From NCBI GenBank assembly GCA_963422375.2, contig OY729427.2:1312001-1376000 (forward strand): a stretch of DNA of 64,000 nucleotides, written 5' to 3'. A program made the translations under genes and the position numbers. Shown one piece after another: positions 1 through 9,985 of the stretch. The DNA is from Bryobacterales bacterium (GTDB lineage Bacteria > Acidobacteriota > Terriglobia > Bryobacterales > UBA6623). The notes below the pieces were generated by a model, which saw only the letters and a program-made list of their open reading frames with translations, ran no database searches and had not been told where the DNA came from. Positions within the stretch are counted from its first letter, which is position 1. Each line of letters begins with the position of its first letter.

Positions 1-1181
1 ACCCTGCGCCCCTCCCGCAGCGGTTCGTCCCGCGGGACCAGGACGGTCTCCGTAGAGTCCAGCCCCGAGCGCACCTCGATATAAGCGGGGCCTTCCACGC
101 CCGTCACGATCTCGCGGCGCGAAGCCGCCCCGTCACGGACCGTCCAGACATAGGCTTGGCCACCGCTGCGCCCGACCGCGTGCCGCGGCACGCTGAGCGC
201 CTCGGGCGCCCTGTCGGTGACGATGCGCACGCCGACGGCGAGGTTGGGCAGCAGGAGGCCGTCCGGGTTAGCCAAGCCGCATTCGAGCTCCCCTACCCTC
301 CGAGCGCCCGTCGCGACGATCTCGGTCGCCAGCCGGTCAACCTCGCAGCCCCATTCCCTTCCCGGGTAGGCGTCCGCCGCCAGGATCGCGCGAGACCCCT
401 TCGCGACGCGCCCGAGATCGGGCTCGTCAACGAAGATCCGGACGCGCACGGCGTCCAGCGTCCCGATCCGCGCGGCTAGGCCCCCTGCCTGCAGGTAGTC
501 CCCCTCGGACACCGCCAGCGAGTACGCTACCCCGGCCACGGGAGACCGGACGCGCAGTGCGTCGCAGGACGCCTCGGCCTGAGCCAGCTCCGACTCGGCC
601 CTCGCCACCTCGGCTGCGAGCTCCTCGCGCCGCTCCTTCGCGAGCGTCGGCGCGAGTTGCCTGTCGAGAGACTCGATCTCCAGCGCATCATCCTCAAGGG
701 CCCGCTCCTGCGCCTCCAGTTCGCCGCGCGGGGCGGCGTTCCGCGCCGCCAGCCGCTTCAGGCGCTCGAGGTCCGCCGACGCCCGTTCCATGGCTGCCGA
801 CACCGTTGCGCGCCGGGCTAGGAGCTCCGTCCGGCGCGAGGGGCTCGGGCCCGCCTCCAGTACCGCCAGCCGGGCCTTGGCGGCGTCAAGGCGGGCTTGC
901 GCCTGTACCCGCGACTCCGCCTGGCCCGAGTCCGCCAGCCGCAGCAATTCCTGCCCGCGCGCGACCCGGTCGCCGCGACGGGCCAGCACGCTCTCCACGC
1001 GGCCCGCGAGCGCAGCTCGCGCGGCCGCGCCGCCGCTGGCTTCGATCCGGCCGTTCGTCGTCAGCGCCCTCTCGATATCCCGGAACGCCGGTCTCGCGCC
1101 CTCGACCTCGATCACGGGACCGAAGCAGGCCAGCGACTCCAAGGCTAGAGACGCCAGCGGCGCGAGCGCAGCCCTCGGCAT
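1..1181 (-). CDS. Efflux RND transporter periplasmic adaptor (HlyD/MFP family), runs off window edge
   Basis: Manual translation from ATG at 1181: ...LTTNGRIEA...GRVESVLARRGDRVARGQELLRL...RVRSPVAGVAYSLAVSEGDYL...RIFVDEPDLGRV...LLPNLAVGVRIV...LSVPRHAV; lipoyl-like halves and beta-barrel motifs; not in ORF track because no stop within window. Confidence 0.85.
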   Translation of the reverse strand, partial: MPRAALAPLASLALESLACFGPVIEVEGARPAFRDIERALTTNGRIEASGGAAARAALAGRVESVLARRGDRVARGQELLRLADSGQAESRVQAQARLDAAKARLAVLEAGPSPSRRTELLARRATVSAAMERASADLERLKRLAARNAAPRGELEAQERALEDDALEIESLDRQLAPTLAKERREELAAEVARAESELAQAEASCDALRVRSPVAGVAYSLAVSEGDYLQAGGLAARIGTLDAVRVRIFVDEPDLGRVAKGSRAILAADAYPGREWGCEVDRLATEIVATGARRVGELECGLANPDGLLLPNLAVGVRIVTDRAPEALSVPRHAVGRSGGQAYVWTVRDGAASRREIVTGVEGPAYIEVRSGLDSTETVLVPRDEPLREGRR

Positions 1182-1190
1182 GCGGCTCCG

Positions 1191-1994
1191 CTAGCGGGTC
1201 CCCGGCGACGCGACAGGCCTGTGCGAGAAGTCCCACGCCCGCAGGTCCGACTCGCCGGGCGTGTACTCGACGAGCGCGTACTCGCCGGCTTCCAAGGGAT
1301 CCACCGGCCACACCTTGTAGACCAGCGGCGCCAGCTGCTGCCGGAAAACGTCGACCTCCTCCTGGGCCTCGGCCTGCTCCTCGGACTTCGGCACGGTGTA
1401 GATCTGCTGCACGATCCGGCGCTTCCTCTTCGGTTCCGGCTTGATCCGCGAGATGCCGAACCGCGAGAAGCGGTTCAGGCGCATGTAGAAGGCCGGCCGG
1501 TCGTCGGCGGTCACCAGCTTCGACTCCGTGCCCGTGATCGAAAGAGTCCGCTTCCCGGCCATCACCGGCATCGGCGCGAGGACGTTCAGCACGGTGCGCC
1601 CCTTGCTCTTGCCGAGATGCAAGGTGGCCTGCTCGAGGGGCACGAACTCCTCGCCCCGGATGTAGTAGACCCCGTCGTCCAGCGGGACGGTATGCAGCTC
1701 GGTGCGGGCGCGACGCTCCGCGATCCGCTCGCGACGCTCCTCGGCGGCGCGGGCCTCCGCGACGGCACGCTCGCGGGCGTTGTAGGCGTCGGTCCGGTCC
1801 CAGTCGACGATCTCGGCAGGCACAAGCTCCCACTGCCCGCGCTCGAGACTGTAGTAGCGGACGCGGTCGCCTTCCGCAGCGTACTCGCGCACCCCGATGC
1901 GCGTGCCGTCCGTCAGGAACAGCGCCGCTCGCTGGGCGGGCAGCAGCCCGGCGGCGAGCAGGACCGGAACGGCGAGTCGGGCGAGGATGCGCAC
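1191..1994 (-). CDS. Exported hypothetical protein
   Basis: ORF 1191..2036; probable GTG start at 1994 gives signal-peptide-like N-terminus; host-like codon usage. Confidence 0.7.
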   Translation of the reverse strand: MRILARLAVPVLLAAGLLPAQRAALFLTDGTRIGVREYAAEGDRVRYYSLERGQWELVPAEIVDWDRTDAYNARERAVAEARAAEERRERIAERRARTELHTVPLDDGVYYIRGEEFVPLEQATLHLGKSKGRTVLNVLAPMPVMAGKRTLSITGTESKLVTADDRPAFYMRLNRFSRFGISRIKPEPKRKRRIVQQIYTVPKSEEQAEAQEEVDVFRQQLAPLVYKVWPVDPLEAGEYALVEYTPGESDLRAWDFSHRPVASPGTR

Positions 1995-2043
1995 GGCTTC
2001 GGAGGGCAGCCCTCCCCCGCATTCTAGCGCCGGCACCCCGCGT

Positions 2044-4389
2044 TCAGAACCGCACCCGCAGCTGCACGGTGGCCTGGCGGCCCGGCGCCAGCGCCGTGCC
2101 GGAGAACAGCCCGCTGAAATTGATGACGTTCAGGCGGTCTGTCGCGTTGCGCAGGTCGAACTGCAAGGTCACCGACCGACCGCCACTAACCCAGACGCGC
2201 GAGCCGACCGACAAGTCGAGACTCAGATTCGGGCGCACGCGCCCGCGCTCGTAGTCAAACTCGCGCAAGACCTCCGGCGGAATGACCTGCCCGTCCGAGC
2301 CGCCCTCGCCGTCATCGTCTTCGTCCTCGAGCTCAACCGGCAGGCCGCTGCCGTAGCGAACGCCGAAGGACGCCCAAGCCCGCCGGTGAATCCGGAAGCG
2401 CGCGGTCAGCGCGACGGTGTTGCGCTGGTCCTGGCTGATTGGGAACTCCTCCACCGCGTCGCGTAGCTCCTCGGCCTCGCCGCCCTCGACGAACAGGCCG
2501 CCCGTCACCGGCGACCTGGCCCGCCCCAACATGTTCGAGTAGCTCGCGACCGCCGAGACCCTCTTCCACGACGGCAGCTCGAGCCGCGCCTCCGTGCCCT
2601 CGACCTCCGCCGAGTCGAAGGTGATCGGGAAGGACAGCCCGGTATTGAAGAACACGTCGTCGTCGATCGCGTTGCGGAATCTGCGCCAGTAGTGGTTCAG
2701 CTCGAGGCGCATCGCCGAGCCGAACGGCTTGCGAGCGCCGATCTCGACGAAGTGCGCCCGGCTCGCCGGGACCGGCAACGCGCCCTCGATGTCATCCAGC
2801 CCCAGTCCGGCGCCAGCGCTGCTCAGCAGCAGGTTCTCGCTCGGGGGAGGCTGGAAGACGCGGTCGTACGAGGCGTACACCTGTAGCGCCGCGCCGGGAA
2901 TGGAGTAGCTCGCGGCGAGACGGGGGCTCAGGGCCTGGTCCGAGATCAGCAGCCGGTAGTGATCGAAACGCAGGCCCAGGCTCGCGGCGAAGTTCCCCGC
3001 GCGGAACAGGTCCTGCAGGAAGAAGCTCGACTCCGAGCTTCTGCGCCCGGCCCGGAAGTCGAGCCGGAATTCGGGAAGCTCTTCCGGAGCCGCCATCAGG
3101 AAGCGTTCCCGCACCGCGGCGCTGCGGAGGTCCCCGCCGACTTTCACCGTATGGCGCTCTCTCTCGAGAGTGAGATCGACGAGCAGGGCCGTCTCTTGCA
3201 AGCCGCGGTCCTGGAGGACGTAGACCGGCGCGGACAGCCTGTTGCTCCACAGCTCGCTCGTCAGATCCCGCACCATGCCGCGCACCGAGAGCAGTGCCCG
3301 CGGTGACAGCGTCGCCTGGTAATGGGCCTGCCCCGCCGATTCCGCCGCTCGGCGGTCCTGGCGCTGGCCGGCGGCCTGCTGGACCAGGTCGTTGGGCACG
3401 AGAAACGACGTGCGGCTCGAGCGGGCGTAGAGGGTTAGCCTGTGCGCGGCTCGCAGGTCGCGGGCGAAGCGCAGGCTAGCTCCGCCGGAGCTGGCCGCGT
3501 TGGTGAAATTGTCGCGCGAGGGCGGATCTAGGTACCTGTCCGTCAGGCCGCCCTGGACGCCGAGAGTCAGCTCGGTGCGGTTCCGCGCGTGCTGCTGCGA
3601 GAACGCCCCCGTCCCCGTGCCGTAGCTGCCGCGCTGGAAATGCAGCTGGGAGCGATGCCCGGCCGCCGGCGCGCGCCGCGTGTCGAGCGCGATGACCCCG
3701 CCCAGCCGCCGCCCGTATTCCGCCGGCAGGCCCGCGGTCAGCACCGTGACAGCCTCGAACTCGCCGCTTTCGAGAGCCGGCGCGAACGCCAGCGACCGGT
3801 TGTCGTAGAGCGGCATCCCGTCGATCACGTACTGCGTGTCGTACTCGGAGCCCCGTGGGTGGAGCACGGCATTGGCCTCGAGCAGCCAGCCCGGCGTGGT
3901 GGTCACCGCGTCGACGGCGCTGCGGCCGAGGGCGGTTCCCAGCGCCTGCCGGAGGGCGTCCCGCCCGAGCCGCACGGCCCGCAGCGGCTGCGACGGCTCG
4001 AACAGCGGCGGGGCCGACCGCACCGTGACTTGCTCGCGGACGGTCGCCAGCCCCAGCACGACCCGCACCGCCTGCGGAACGGCGGACCTGACCTCGACCT
4101 GTCGTACCGCGGCGTCGAATCCGGGGTGCCTCGCGGTCAGCAGGTAGGTGCCCGGAGGCACTCGCCGCAGCACGGCGCTGCCTGCCTGGTCGGCGCGGGC
4201 CGTGCCCACGAAGCCCCGAGCCCGCGACGCGAGCTCTACAGCGGCGGGCACTCCCCGGCCGCTCGCGTCGGCGACTATCACGTCCACGCGCCCGTCCATC
4301 ACCTGAGCGAGGCCGGAAGGGACGAGAAGGGCGAGGGCCGCCAGCCCTCCGAGGGCGAGGGCGGATCGGGACGAGGACCGGCGAGGCAT
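2044..4389 (-). CDS. TonB-dependent receptor with N-terminal carboxypeptidase-regulatory-like domain
   Basis: Signal peptide, plug motifs (YVIDGMP, PAEYGRRLGGVI), C-terminal NATDR...PGRQATVQLRVRF ending in Phe. Confidence 0.9.
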   Translation of the reverse strand: MPRRSSSRSALALGGLAALALLVPSGLAQVMDGRVDVIVADASGRGVPAAVELASRARGFVGTARADQAGSAVLRRVPPGTYLLTARHPGFDAAVRQVEVRSAVPQAVRVVLGLATVREQVTVRSAPPLFEPSQPLRAVRLGRDALRQALGTALGRSAVDAVTTTPGWLLEANAVLHPRGSEYDTQYVIDGMPLYDNRSLAFAPALESGEFEAVTVLTAGLPAEYGRRLGGVIALDTRRAPAAGHRSQLHFQRGSYGTGTGAFSQQHARNRTELTLGVQGGLTDRYLDPPSRDNFTNAASSGGASLRFARDLRAAHRLTLYARSSRTSFLVPNDLVQQAAGQRQDRRAAESAGQAHYQATLSPRALLSVRGMVRDLTSELWSNRLSAPVYVLQDRGLQETALLVDLTLERERHTVKVGGDLRSAAVRERFLMAAPEELPEFRLDFRAGRRSSESSFFLQDLFRAGNFAASLGLRFDHYRLLISDQALSPRLAASYSIPGAALQVYASYDRVFQPPPSENLLLSSAGAGLGLDDIEGALPVPASRAHFVEIGARKPFGSAMRLELNHYWRRFRNAIDDDVFFNTGLSFPITFDSAEVEGTEARLELPSWKRVSAVASYSNMLGRARSPVTGGLFVEGGEAEELRDAVEEFPISQDQRNTVALTARFRIHRRAWASFGVRYGSGLPVELEDEDDDGEGGSDGQVIPPEVLREFDYERGRVRPNLSLDLSVGSRVWVSGGRSVTLQFDLRNATDRLNVINFSGLFSGTALAPGRQATVQLRVRF

Positions 4390-4481
4390 GGGCTACACTC
4401 GTTCATTCCGTTCCGGGGCGATCCGTTCAGTATTTTCTTCCGGCGGGCGAGAATTACCGGGGCGCTCAGGGACCGCGACGC

Positions 4482-5084
4482 ATGCAGGCCAGGGGAGCGT
4501 GGACCGTTCCGGGCCGGGCCGGCGGCGCGGCGGTCGCCGGGCCGCTGGCCGCTGCAGCGGATCCCAAGGCCCCTGCCGTCGATGCCGGAGCGGTCCAGCG
4601 CGAGGTGACCGCGCTCTTCGACGCACACCGCCGACCGGTCCTGCGCTACCTCCTCTCAATCGGCCTTGCGATCGCCGACGCCGAGGACGTAGCCCAGGAG
4701 ACCTTCCTAGCCCTGTTCAACCACCTGCGGCGCGGGCGACCCCGCACGAATCTCCCCGGCTGGGTGTTTCGCACCGCCCACAACTTGGGACTCAAGAAGC
4801 GCCGCCTCGTCGGCCGCGCCCGGGCCGCTTCCGGACTCTTCGGCGATCCGCGCCAAGCGGCCGACACGAGTCTCGATCCGGAAGCGCGGCTGGCCGTGGC
4901 CCAGCGCTACGAGAGGATGTGCGCCGCCCTCCGGGCTCTCCCCGAACGCGACCGCTTCTGCCTCAGCCTTCGCGCGGAGGGGCTGCGCTACAGGGAAATC
5001 GCCAAGACGCTCGGCATCTCGCTCGGGAGCGTGTCGAACTCCATGCGCCGCGCGGCGGCGCGCCTGCAGGAGGCGGACCGCTGA
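4482..5084 (+). CDS. ECF RNA polymerase sigma factor
   Basis: Region 2 DAEDVAQETFL...WVFRTAHN; region 4 LRALPERDRFCLSLRAEGLRYREIAKTLGISLGSV. Confidence 0.9.
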   Translation: MQARGAWTVPGRAGGAAVAGPLAAAADPKAPAVDAGAVQREVTALFDAHRRPVLRYLLSIGLAIADAEDVAQETFLALFNHLRRGRPRTNLPGWVFRTAHNLGLKKRRLVGRARAASGLFGDPRQAADTSLDPEARLAVAQRYERMCAALRALPERDRFCLSLRAEGLRYREIAKTLGISLGSVSNSMRRAAARLQEADR

Positions 5085-5093
5085 GTCCGGGCC

Positions 5094-5921
5094 ATGCTTC
5101 GGAAGCGACGCCACGTACGGGACGGCGACCTGCTGCTGCTCGCGAGCCGCGACCTGCCGGAGGCGCGCGCCCTTGCAGCGCACGAGCACCTGGCTCGCTG
5201 CGCGGCCTGCCGGACGCGTTTGACGCGGCTGGAATCGTTGATCACGACGTACTCGGAGGCCCGCCAGTCAGCCCTCGATCCGCTGCTGCCCCCGTCCGAA
5301 CCGGCGCGAGCGCACCTGCGGGACGCCGTGGCCGCCGCGAGTTCGGAGCGTCCCGGCCGGGTCCCCGGGTGGACCCTCCCCGTGGTGCTCGCATGCGCGG
5401 CGCTGGCCGTTTTCGCCGCCACCATCGCCATCGCACGGCACTCCCGTCCCGGCGGGCGGCCGCCCGTCGCGTCCGCGAACCGGCGGGACGTGCCCGACCC
5501 GAGCCTGACGCCGGGCCTCGCCGACTCGCGCACCCGGCAGGATCTGTGCCCTCCGGCTGCCGGCTCCGGCCCCGCCAGGGTCAGCCGACAGATGGCGCTC
5601 GCGGTCTTCCGGGCTCACGGAATCCCCGCTCCAAGGCCGCGAGCCTACGAGCTCGACCATCTCGTGCCGCCCGAGCTCGGGGGCGCGACCGCCCGGGAAA
5701 ACCTCTGGCCGCAGCCCTACAAGGGCCTCGTGTGGAACGCCGGCGCCAAGGACGCGCTCGAGGATCGGCTCCTCGACGCGATGTGCTCCGGGGAAGTCTC
5801 GCTCTCTGCAGCCCAGCGGGCGCTCGCAGCCGACTGGGTCGCCGCCTACAGGAAGTACTTCGGCGCGAACGAGCCGCTGGTGGAACATCTGGCCTTCCTC
5901 AAGGACGAGCCCTGGCAGTGA
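5094..5921 (+). CDS. zf-HC2 anti-sigma factor with TM helix and C-terminal HNH-like domain
   Basis: HLARCAAC (Hx3Cx2C), TM WTLPVVLACAALAVFAATIAIA, then YELDHLVPPELGG...ENLWPQ; 9 bp after sigma gene. Confidence 0.8.
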   Translation: MLRKRRHVRDGDLLLLASRDLPEARALAAHEHLARCAACRTRLTRLESLITTYSEARQSALDPLLPPSEPARAHLRDAVAAASSERPGRVPGWTLPVVLACAALAVFAATIAIARHSRPGGRPPVASANRRDVPDPSLTPGLADSRTRQDLCPPAAGSGPARVSRQMALAVFRAHGIPAPRPRAYELDHLVPPELGGATARENLWPQPYKGLVWNAGAKDALEDRLLDAMCSGEVSLSAAQRALAADWVAAYRKYFGANEPLVEHLAFLKDEPWQ

Positions 5922-6032
5922 CCGTGCGGCAGGCTCCCGCCCACGAATCCGGCCGGCCGTAACGCCCGCCGCCTCGAGGTCCCTGGGTTCCCTGTGGTAT
6001 CGTCAACGGGAATTGGATTAGGAGAGAAATCA

Positions 6033-7844
6033 ATGCGCTCCCTGCACTGCCGGCGGCTCGCCGCCCCGGTCGCGCTGGCGCTCCTCGCGACGCTCGCCGC
6101 GGGCTGCAGCTCGGCACCGGACAACCGGCCCAACATCATCCTCGTCATCACCGACGACCAAGGCTTCGGCGACGTGGGCGCTCACGGAAACGCCACCATC
6201 CGCACTCCCAACCTGGACAGACTGCATTCCCAGAGCGTGCGCCTGACCGACTTCCACGTCGATCCGACCTGCTCGCCGACGCGCTCCGCGCTGGTGACTG
6301 GACGCTACTCTTCCCGCACCGGTGTCTGGCACACGATCATGGGGCGGTCCATCGTGCATCGCGACGAGACGACCTTCGCGGACGTCCTCGCGGGGGCCGG
6401 CTACGACACGGCCTTCTTCGGCAAGTGGCACCTCGGCGACTCGGCTCCCTACCGGCCGATCGACCGGGGCTTCCAAGAGGCGGTGTACCACGGCGGCGGA
6501 GGGGTCGGGCAGACCCCCGACTACTGGGGCAACGACTACTTCGACGACACCTACTGGCACAACGGCGCGCCCGTCGCCTACGAAGGCTACTGCACGGACG
6601 TGTTCTTCGACAACGCCCTGCGCTTCATCGACAAACGGGTCGCGGCCGACTCCGGACCGTTCTTCATCTACCTGTCCACCAACGCCCCCCACGGCCCGTT
6701 CCTGGTCGACGAGAAGTACTCGCAGCCGTACGCGGACATAGGCGTGCCGAGCCCGATGGACAAGTTCTACGGGATGATCGAGAACATCGACGAGAACATG
6801 GGACGCCTCGCCGCGCGGCTCGACGAGCGCGGCATCGCCGACAGCACGCTCCTGGTCTTCATGACGGACAACGGCACCGCCGCGGGCGTGACCAACACGC
6901 ATCCGACCCAGCGGGTAGGCTCGACGAACGCCGCGCTGCTGGCGCGCGCCGAGAAGGAGCGCGAGGACGGGCTCTGGCAGGGCTTCAACGCCGGAATGCG
7001 GGGGAGGAAGGGCTCCGAGTACGACGGGGGGCACCGCGTGCCCTTCTTCGTCCGATGGCCGGGCGGCGGAATCGGCGAGCCGCGCGACGTCGCGAACCTA
7101 GCCGCCCACATAGACGTCCTGCCGACCTTCGCCGACATTGCCGGCGCGGTCCACCGTCCCGACCTGGACTGGGACGGCAGCAGCCTCCTCCCCTTGCTGC
7201 GCGGCGAGGAATGGGCCGACCGCACGCTTGCGGTGCATTCGCAGCGGATCCGCTTCCCGGAGCGCTGGCGCAAGAGCGCCGTGATGACGGAGCAGTACCG
7301 GCTGGTTAACGGCACCGAGCTCTACGACATCGAGACCGATCCGGGCCAGCTCGAGGACGTCTCGGCCAGCCGCCCGGAGGTGGTCGCGGCTCTGCGCGAG
7401 GCGTACGGCCAATGGTGGGACAGCATCGACGACCGCTTCGAGCAGCACGTCTACCTGGACATCGGGTCCGACCTCGAGAATCCAGCCCGCATCACGGCCC
7501 ACGACTGGCTGCCCCCGGAGGACTCGATGCAAGTCCCCTGGAATCAAGGGCACGTCCGGAGAGCCCCGGCGGTCAACGGCACCTGGAACATCCAAGTCAC
7601 CCAAGCGGGTAGGTACGAATTCGAACTCTTCCAGCGCGACAGGCCGGCGAACCATCCCATCGAGGCATCCGAGGCGACCCTTCGGGTAGGCGATGCCGAG
7701 GCCAGCGCTCCCGTCGAGGAGGGGGCTTCCAGCGTGCGGCTCATGCTGGACCTGCCTGCCGGGAAGACAACCCTGCATACGCGCTTCGCAACGGCGGACG
7801 GAACCGAGCGCGGGGCCTTCTACGTCTACGCGACGCGCCTGTAA
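6033..7844 (+). CDS. Arylsulfatase (lipoprotein)
   Basis: RPNIILVITDDQG, CSPTRSALVTG (CxPxR), GKWHLG; lipobox LAAGC. Confidence 0.93.
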   Translation: MRSLHCRRLAAPVALALLATLAAGCSSAPDNRPNIILVITDDQGFGDVGAHGNATIRTPNLDRLHSQSVRLTDFHVDPTCSPTRSALVTGRYSSRTGVWHTIMGRSIVHRDETTFADVLAGAGYDTAFFGKWHLGDSAPYRPIDRGFQEAVYHGGGGVGQTPDYWGNDYFDDTYWHNGAPVAYEGYCTDVFFDNALRFIDKRVAADSGPFFIYLSTNAPHGPFLVDEKYSQPYADIGVPSPMDKFYGMIENIDENMGRLAARLDERGIADSTLLVFMTDNGTAAGVTNTHPTQRVGSTNAALLARAEKEREDGLWQGFNAGMRGRKGSEYDGGHRVPFFVRWPGGGIGEPRDVANLAAHIDVLPTFADIAGAVHRPDLDWDGSSLLPLLRGEEWADRTLAVHSQRIRFPERWRKSAVMTEQYRLVNGTELYDIETDPGQLEDVSASRPEVVAALREAYGQWWDSIDDRFEQHVYLDIGSDLENPARITAHDWLPPEDSMQVPWNQGHVRRAPAVNGTWNIQVTQAGRYEFELFQRDRPANHPIEASEATLRVGDAEASAPVEEGASSVRLMLDLPAGKTTLHTRFATADGTERGAFYVYATRL

Positions 7845-7981
7845 GGCCCTTTCCGCACCGCCGAACTACCGACGCGAGCGGGTCCCCGACCCGTGCGGTT
7901 GACGGGCGGATTCACGCCCACTGGCAACGCCCGCAGGCCTTCCGCCGTCATGTCCCGGGTGCTCGACGGAGGCGTGCTAGC

Positions 7982-9595
7982 ATGAGGCCCGTGCTTGAAG
8001 ACACCCTCTCCAGAAGGGACTGGATCCGCCACTGCGCCCAGACATCGACAGGGGCCGCCCTTGCCGCCAAGGCGAACCCAGCTGCTGGCCAAGCCCGCCC
8101 GCCGAGCGAGTACAGCAACTACTTCGGCGACCTGCACAACCACAACCAAGTCGGCTACGCGCAGGGCACTCTGGAGCGCAGCTTCGAGGTGGCGCGGAAC
8201 CACCTGGACTTCTACGCCTTCACGCCGCACTCGTACTGGCCCGATGTCGGCCAGTACGACGGCAAGATCGAATACAAGTGGCGCAACGGCTTCGCCGTGG
8301 CCAAGGCGCGCTGGCCCGACGTCGTGAAGCTGGCCAGGGAATTCGACGATCCCGGCCGGTTCACCACCATCCTGGGCTATGAGCGCCACGGGACCATGGA
8401 GGGGGATTACCACATCCTCTTCCCGGATCTCGAGGGCGACTACGAACTGATCGAGTCGCTGCCGGAGTTGCAGGCTTTCGCCAAGCAGCGCGGCTGCATC
8501 CTAGTGCCGCATCATCCGTCCAATCGCCTGGGCCATCGCGGCACGGCCTCGTCGAGCATTGACCCAGAGGTCTCGCCGGTCCTAGAGATCCATTCCGAGT
8601 GGGGCTGCGCTGAGCACGACCGCGCCCCGCACCCCTACAAGCGGCACACCGAGGGGGGACGCTGGACCCGGCATACGCTGCAGCACTACCTGCGCGAGGG
8701 TCATCGCCTCGGCGTGGTAGCCAGCACGGACGACCATCTCGGCTATCCCGGCGGCTACCGCGAGGGTCTGGCCGTCGTCAAAGCCCGCGAGCTGACCCGC
8801 GACGCCATTTTCGACGCGCTGCGAACCCGACGGACCTACGCGGTTACGGGCGACCGGATCGAACTGGATTTCTGGGTCAACGGGGCGATGATGGGCCGCG
8901 ATATCGGCTATTCCAAGGAGCGCAAGATTCGCGCCAGCGTCCGCGGATGGGATCAGATCGACCGGGTCGAGATCGTGAAGAACGGTCGCGTGATCCACCG
9001 CGACTTTCCGGTTGATCGCGAGCCCGGGGCGAACCGCTGGGACGCCCCAGTGGTCGTGCGGTTCGAGTACGGCTGGGGTCCGTGGCCCGCCCTGGGCTGG
9101 GGCGGAACGGCCGACTGGGACTTCACGCTCGAGGTCGAAGGAGGACGCATCGAGGGATTCCATCCGTGCTTCACGTCGGGGCCGCTGGACGAGTTCCGGC
9201 GGGACAGGATCGTGAAGAGCGACTCCAAGTCGGTACGCGTGCAGTCGTACACCGCGCTGAAGCAGCAGCTCGACGACTACTCCCAGAAGGCCTTGGTGCT
9301 GCGCGTGCGAGGCGATGAGCGGACAAAGGTCACCGTGCGCTGCACCAAGCCGACCAAGTGCTCCCTGACCCAAACGCTCGCGGACCTGTCCCATTCGAAC
9401 GAGATGCTGTTCACACGGCCATTCCCGTGGGAGTCGGCGATGCTGCATCGCATCGTCTTCGGCGCTCAATGGGAGACGTCCTTCGAAACGGAGGACGAGG
9501 GGGACGGCTCCGCGACCGACTGGTATTACGCCCGCGTCTTCGAGTCCAACGGGGAACTCGCGTGGTCCAGCCCGGTCTGGGTGGGTTCGGCGTAG
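7982..9595 (+). CDS. PHP-like metallohydrolase (DUF3604 type), Tat-exported
   Basis: SRRDWI Tat-like motif, YFGDLHNH, STDDHLGYPG, C-terminal WYYARV...AWSSPVWV. Confidence 0.75.
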   Translation: MRPVLEDTLSRRDWIRHCAQTSTGAALAAKANPAAGQARPPSEYSNYFGDLHNHNQVGYAQGTLERSFEVARNHLDFYAFTPHSYWPDVGQYDGKIEYKWRNGFAVAKARWPDVVKLAREFDDPGRFTTILGYERHGTMEGDYHILFPDLEGDYELIESLPELQAFAKQRGCILVPHHPSNRLGHRGTASSSIDPEVSPVLEIHSEWGCAEHDRAPHPYKRHTEGGRWTRHTLQHYLREGHRLGVVASTDDHLGYPGGYREGLAVVKARELTRDAIFDALRTRRTYAVTGDRIELDFWVNGAMMGRDIGYSKERKIRASVRGWDQIDRVEIVKNGRVIHRDFPVDREPGANRWDAPVVVRFEYGWGPWPALGWGGTADWDFTLEVEGGRIEGFHPCFTSGPLDEFRRDRIVKSDSKSVRVQSYTALKQQLDDYSQKALVLRVRGDERTKVTVRCTKPTKCSLTQTLADLSHSNEMLFTRPFPWESAMLHRIVFGAQWETSFETEDEGDGSATDWYYARVFESNGELAWSSPVWVGSA

Positions 9596-9946
9596 CGCAG
9601 CGGCGCACAGGTACTTCCGGCACAGGGCGCCTATTCGCAACTGCCTGACGGAAGGCTCGGAGGAGCGACGTAGACCTGTGGGCAGCCGGGGTGGCGGTCT
9701 GCCTGCTTGCGGCCCCAGCTGCGGGTACCGGCACGGGGCGACTGCGACGCCAGCGTTCGCAGCGGCAGTAGGGATGCTTGGCTTGCTAATCCATGTCGTC
9801 CACCTAGCCGAGCTAGCCGAGACAGTTGGCTCGGTACGAACCGGAGGCCACTCCCCAAGCTCCTGCCAGGACACTTGGCCCTCTCGGACACTCCGGCCTA
9901 ATTCTCAACGGATGAATCGTGACGCGAATCACGAAGGGAATAGAAT

Positions 9947-9985
9947 GGGAATTACATATCTGAGTGCCGACAACGCCATGTCCGA
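9947..9985. mobile_element. Isolated terminal remnant of ISNwi1-group (IS1595) element
   Basis: GGGAATTACATATCTGAGTGCCGACAACGCCATGTCCGA matches 12490-12528 at 37/39 nt. Confidence 0.8.
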
